This document shows, in pieces, positions 27,360 through 29,434 of a stretch of DNA of 29,434 nucleotides. The DNA comes from a virus. Position 1 is the stretch's first letter. The number at the start of each line of letters is the position of its first letter. The stretch is taken from the UHGV virus genome UHGV-0114363; one strand, written 5' to 3'. The notes beneath the pieces were generated by a model. The model was not told the DNA's origin, made no database searches, and was given only the letters and a program-made list of their open reading frames with translations. The translations under genes and the position numbers were made by a program.

Positions 27360-27829
27360 CCCATCATCTTGCGGTAAATCTCTGCGGCCTGATCTGCAGT
27401 GAGATTGGTCGTCTCGGTCTTGATCGGGCCGCCATCCTTGCCGGTGCTCTCAACCTTCAGCTTATTGGTGTAAGCGTCGCCAACCTCTTTCGCGGCCTGT
27501 TCAATCAGCTGCGCCGTCAGGGAGAAGTTTTTCATCCCCTCGGTTTTGGTTGCCATGCGGTCAAGCACGCGGAGGCGATAGGATTTGTTCGCTATCGGAA
27601 TGTCGCTGGTTTCGGTCAGGAACCGTTCGCGCGTCGCGTGGAACATCTCGATCCACTTTTTGGCGAGCGTCTTACCGCTGGCCTTCGTGGGGTCGTGAGA
27701 TTCAGCCTGCTGGCGGGTGATCTTGATCCCAAATTCTTTTTGGACAGCCTCGACCACCTGCGATGGCGTGTCATAGCACGCAAGCGACTGAATGATGAAG
27801 GCTTTCACATCAGGTTTTAATGCAGCCAT
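27356..27829 (-). CDS. Terminase small subunit-like protein
   Basis: 157-aa protein immediately upstream of and overlapping the large terminase gene. Confidence 0.5.
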   Translation of the reverse strand: MAALKPDVKAFIIQSLACYDTPSQVVEAVQKEFGIKITRQQAESHDPTKASGKTLAKKWIEMFHATRERFLTETSDIPIANKSYRLRVLDRMATKTEGMKNFSLTAQLIEQAAKEVGDAYTNKLKVESTGKDGGPIKTETTNLTADQAAEIYRKMMG

Positions 27830-27860
27830 AAATCACCATTCGTCTTATACAGTCCAGTAT

Positions 27861-28517
27861 TTAAGCCAGTCGCAGCATGCACGTCCCGCACGCTCTGGCA
27901 ATATCGAGATGAGCAACCTCCGCTGGCTGATTCGCCGCATCAATCATTTCCTGCACGTCCCGGCTTGCACCGTAACGGCGAACCACGCCCACAAACTCTT
28001 CCACGTCATGACCGCGCAGCTTCAGCTTTGGCTGCCCTTCCTGCGTGAACTTCGGCGCACCAAATTCATCTGTCGCTTGGCAGATGTGATAAAGCTCGTG
28101 CTCTATCAGCGCGCAGAATTCCAGATCGGAACATTGCGAGCAGTAATCGGCGGCCAGCGTGATGATGAACTGCGGCACCCTGCCGAACCATTCATACATC
28201 TGCTGCTCCATCCGCGCTTTCTGCCAGCCTCCGGCCCGCATTGCCACTTCTTCCGCCTGCCCCAGCACGGAACGCCCTTTCTTCTCGAAAGCGTTCGATG
28301 CCCAGAGAAAGCACAGATCCGCTTCAAGCAAATGCTGGTGGTCATGGTTGTAGAGGTCACCCTCATCGCTCAGGATGTGCTGATTCAGCCACTCGCCAAC
28401 GTCATTAGCGGGCATAATGCTGATGTACGGCTTCGGGTCAGGTGGCATCGTAAAATGCGCTGGTGGGTGTGGTCTGTTCATGAATAATTCCAGTGCTCCA
28501 TTATCGAAGCCCCTCAA
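27861..28517 (-). CDS. HExxH motif protein (putative phage zinc metallopeptidase)
   Basis: ALIEHELYHICQ contains an HExxH zinc-binding signature; located between Rha and the packaging genes, a typical moron/accessory position. Confidence 0.5.
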   Translation of the reverse strand: MRGFDNGALELFMNRPHPPAHFTMPPDPKPYISIMPANDVGEWLNQHILSDEGDLYNHDHQHLLEADLCFLWASNAFEKKGRSVLGQAEEVAMRAGGWQKARMEQQMYEWFGRVPQFIITLAADYCSQCSDLEFCALIEHELYHICQATDEFGAPKFTQEGQPKLKLRGHDVEEFVGVVRRYGASRDVQEMIDAANQPAEVAHLDIARACGTCMLRLA

Positions 28518-28541
28518 TGAAGGGCTTCTGTAATGCCGCGA

Positions 28542-29060
28542 TCAGCCAATAAGTAATTCCGGCTGCGTTACCTGCATGATGTGCTCATGTTCGAGCTCCA
28601 GGACGCGCTTCTCTTTCTTCCGCTCGTTCATCAAACGGCTTCCGATCGTGCCTTTCAGCTTTGAGCGCGTTTCTTTGATGGCGTAGCGATGCTGCAATTC
28701 TTCACCCATCGCCATGCGCCGGTTTAGCTGCTCGGCCATCCAGTTGAAGGCATTGATGTAACACTCCTTCACTGCGGCAGCTGTTTTGCCAGTGAATCCC
28801 ATCACTAGCATCATGCATCCGTCGCGGGTGATGTTATACATAGGCTGAACATCGCCATTTTTATCAATGAAATCAATGGGCGCAAAATTGCGCTGGGTGA
28901 AGTCATCGGAGCATTTCAGGTTACGTATGGCACGCAAAACGTCTTTGTGTCGCTTGCCAAAGTAATCCGCCACCTTGAGTGATGTGGTGATTATCTTGTT
29001 GTCGAGGGTCGTGACCATTTCGCGGAAGTCGAAGGCCGGAATAACTGACGGATTATTCAT
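28542..29060 (-). CDS. Rha-family phage regulatory protein
   Basis: N-terminus from MNNPSVIPAFDFREMVTTLDNKIITTSLKVADYFGKRHKDVLRAIRNL matches the Rha pattern; start set at 29060. Confidence 0.7.
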   Translation of the reverse strand: MNNPSVIPAFDFREMVTTLDNKIITTSLKVADYFGKRHKDVLRAIRNLKCSDDFTQRNFAPIDFIDKNGDVQPMYNITRDGCMMLVMGFTGKTAAAVKECYINAFNWMAEQLNRRMAMGEELQHRYAIKETRSKLKGTIGSRLMNERKKEKRVLELEHEHIMQVTQPELLIG

Positions 29061-29209
29061 AGCGTCTTTACCTTTTAGAAAGTGAGCCTGTCTCACAGAA
29101 AAGCCGCCCCGAGATGGTCGCCACCATATACGGCAGTTCTCAGGCTCAACTTTCTGAAAGGCTCGGGTGATGTAATATGCGCGTGAGATGCGCTGTGAAA
29201 TTCAGATGT

Positions 29210-29233
29210 AAAAAAAGCCCCGCATCGCGAGGC
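29210..29233 (-). terminator. Rho-independent terminator after the lysis cassette (minus strand)
   Basis: Minus-sense GCCTCGC-GAT-GCGGGGC stem-loop (7-bp stem with one G-U pair) followed by seven T. Confidence 0.5.
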
Positions 29234-29265
29234 TCATTAAATTGACTTTGTGATTTGCAAAAAAA

Positions 29266-29434
29266 TTATTTCAGGCATTGCGTCCTGATGTATTCCTGCA
29301 GGTAGTTAACCTGCGCGGTTATCCTGTCGATTCCGCTTCGGAGACGGTAATAATTGAGTTCAGCATCTGCTGTAAGTCTTGGGCTTTCTCCATCGCCCAT
29401 GCTGCTGGCTCCGGTCGTTGACTTTGCACAGGTG
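29266..29434 (-). CDS. i-spanin Rz, C-terminal 55 codons (partial, start off-window)
   Basis: Hand translation ...GESPRLTADAELNYYRLRSGIDRITAQVNYLQEYIRTQCLK* parallels the lambda Rz C-terminus pattern (SPRL.AD.AE.DYF.LR ... YI..QC); ORF open to the window edge. Confidence 0.6.
   Translation of the reverse strand, partial: TCAKSTTGASSMGDGESPRLTADAELNYYRLRSGIDRITAQVNYLQEYIRTQCLK
29319..29434 (-). CDS. o-spanin Rz1 embedded in the +1 frame of Rz (partial)
   Basis: +1 frame reads ...PEPAAWAMEKAQDLQQMLNSIITVSEAESTG*, resembling the lambda Rz1 C-terminus (AW.M...LN.II..SE); classic embedded-gene arrangement. Confidence 0.45.
   Translation of the reverse strand, partial: PVQSQRPEPAAWAMEKAQDLQQMLNSIITVSEAESTG

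Larger units (their letters stand above)
6449..29434. mobile_element. Prophage, late arm only (lysis end, packaging, head, contractile tail); extends past the right edge
   Basis: Contiguous minus-strand array of tightly overlapping phage genes from Rz/Rz1 through tail fiber assembly, ending beside the att core; gene order and intrinsic terminators inside the late operon suggest lambdoid-type regulation with a contractile tail. Confidence 0.85.

Noticed and set aside
1-29434. Integrase, relaxase or replication initiator gene within the window
   Set aside because: No ORF shows tyrosine-recombinase, relaxase or Rep motifs; these are inferred to lie off-window, so mobility claims for both elements remain inferential.

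Overview
The window spans a junction between three things. (i) Positions 1-6448 are an AT-rich accessory island carrying a NikA/MobC-like relaxosome-accessory gene with a candidate oriT, an AlpA-family regulator with an AT-hook tail, a repeat-dense control region (28-bp perfect palindrome, three 22-bp-phased iterons, three TTAGCTA palindromes), an orphan HigA-like HTH gene, and a two-gene AAA+ ATPase + S8 subtilase operon. (ii) Positions 6449-6494 are a 46-nt tRNA-Thr(CGU) 3' fragment, read as an integrase att core. (iii) Positions 6510-29434 are the late arm of a prophage, all genes on the minus strand: Rz/Rz1 spanins (partial), Rha, an HExxH protein, terminase, portal, head genes, then a contractile tail (sheath, tube, frameshifted chaperone, tape measure, baseplate, fiber, Tfa). 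The tail operon is interrupted by a two-gene moron and a mini-ORF, each next to an intrinsic terminator. The strongest candidate system is the ATPase-subtilase operon at the island edge beside the att core; its architecture resembles the IetAS-type defence pair as I recall it. The tail-embedded moron is a second candidate. Every functional call comes from motif-level reading of the translations; no database search or computation was run, so family names are recollection-based and compositional statements are by eye.
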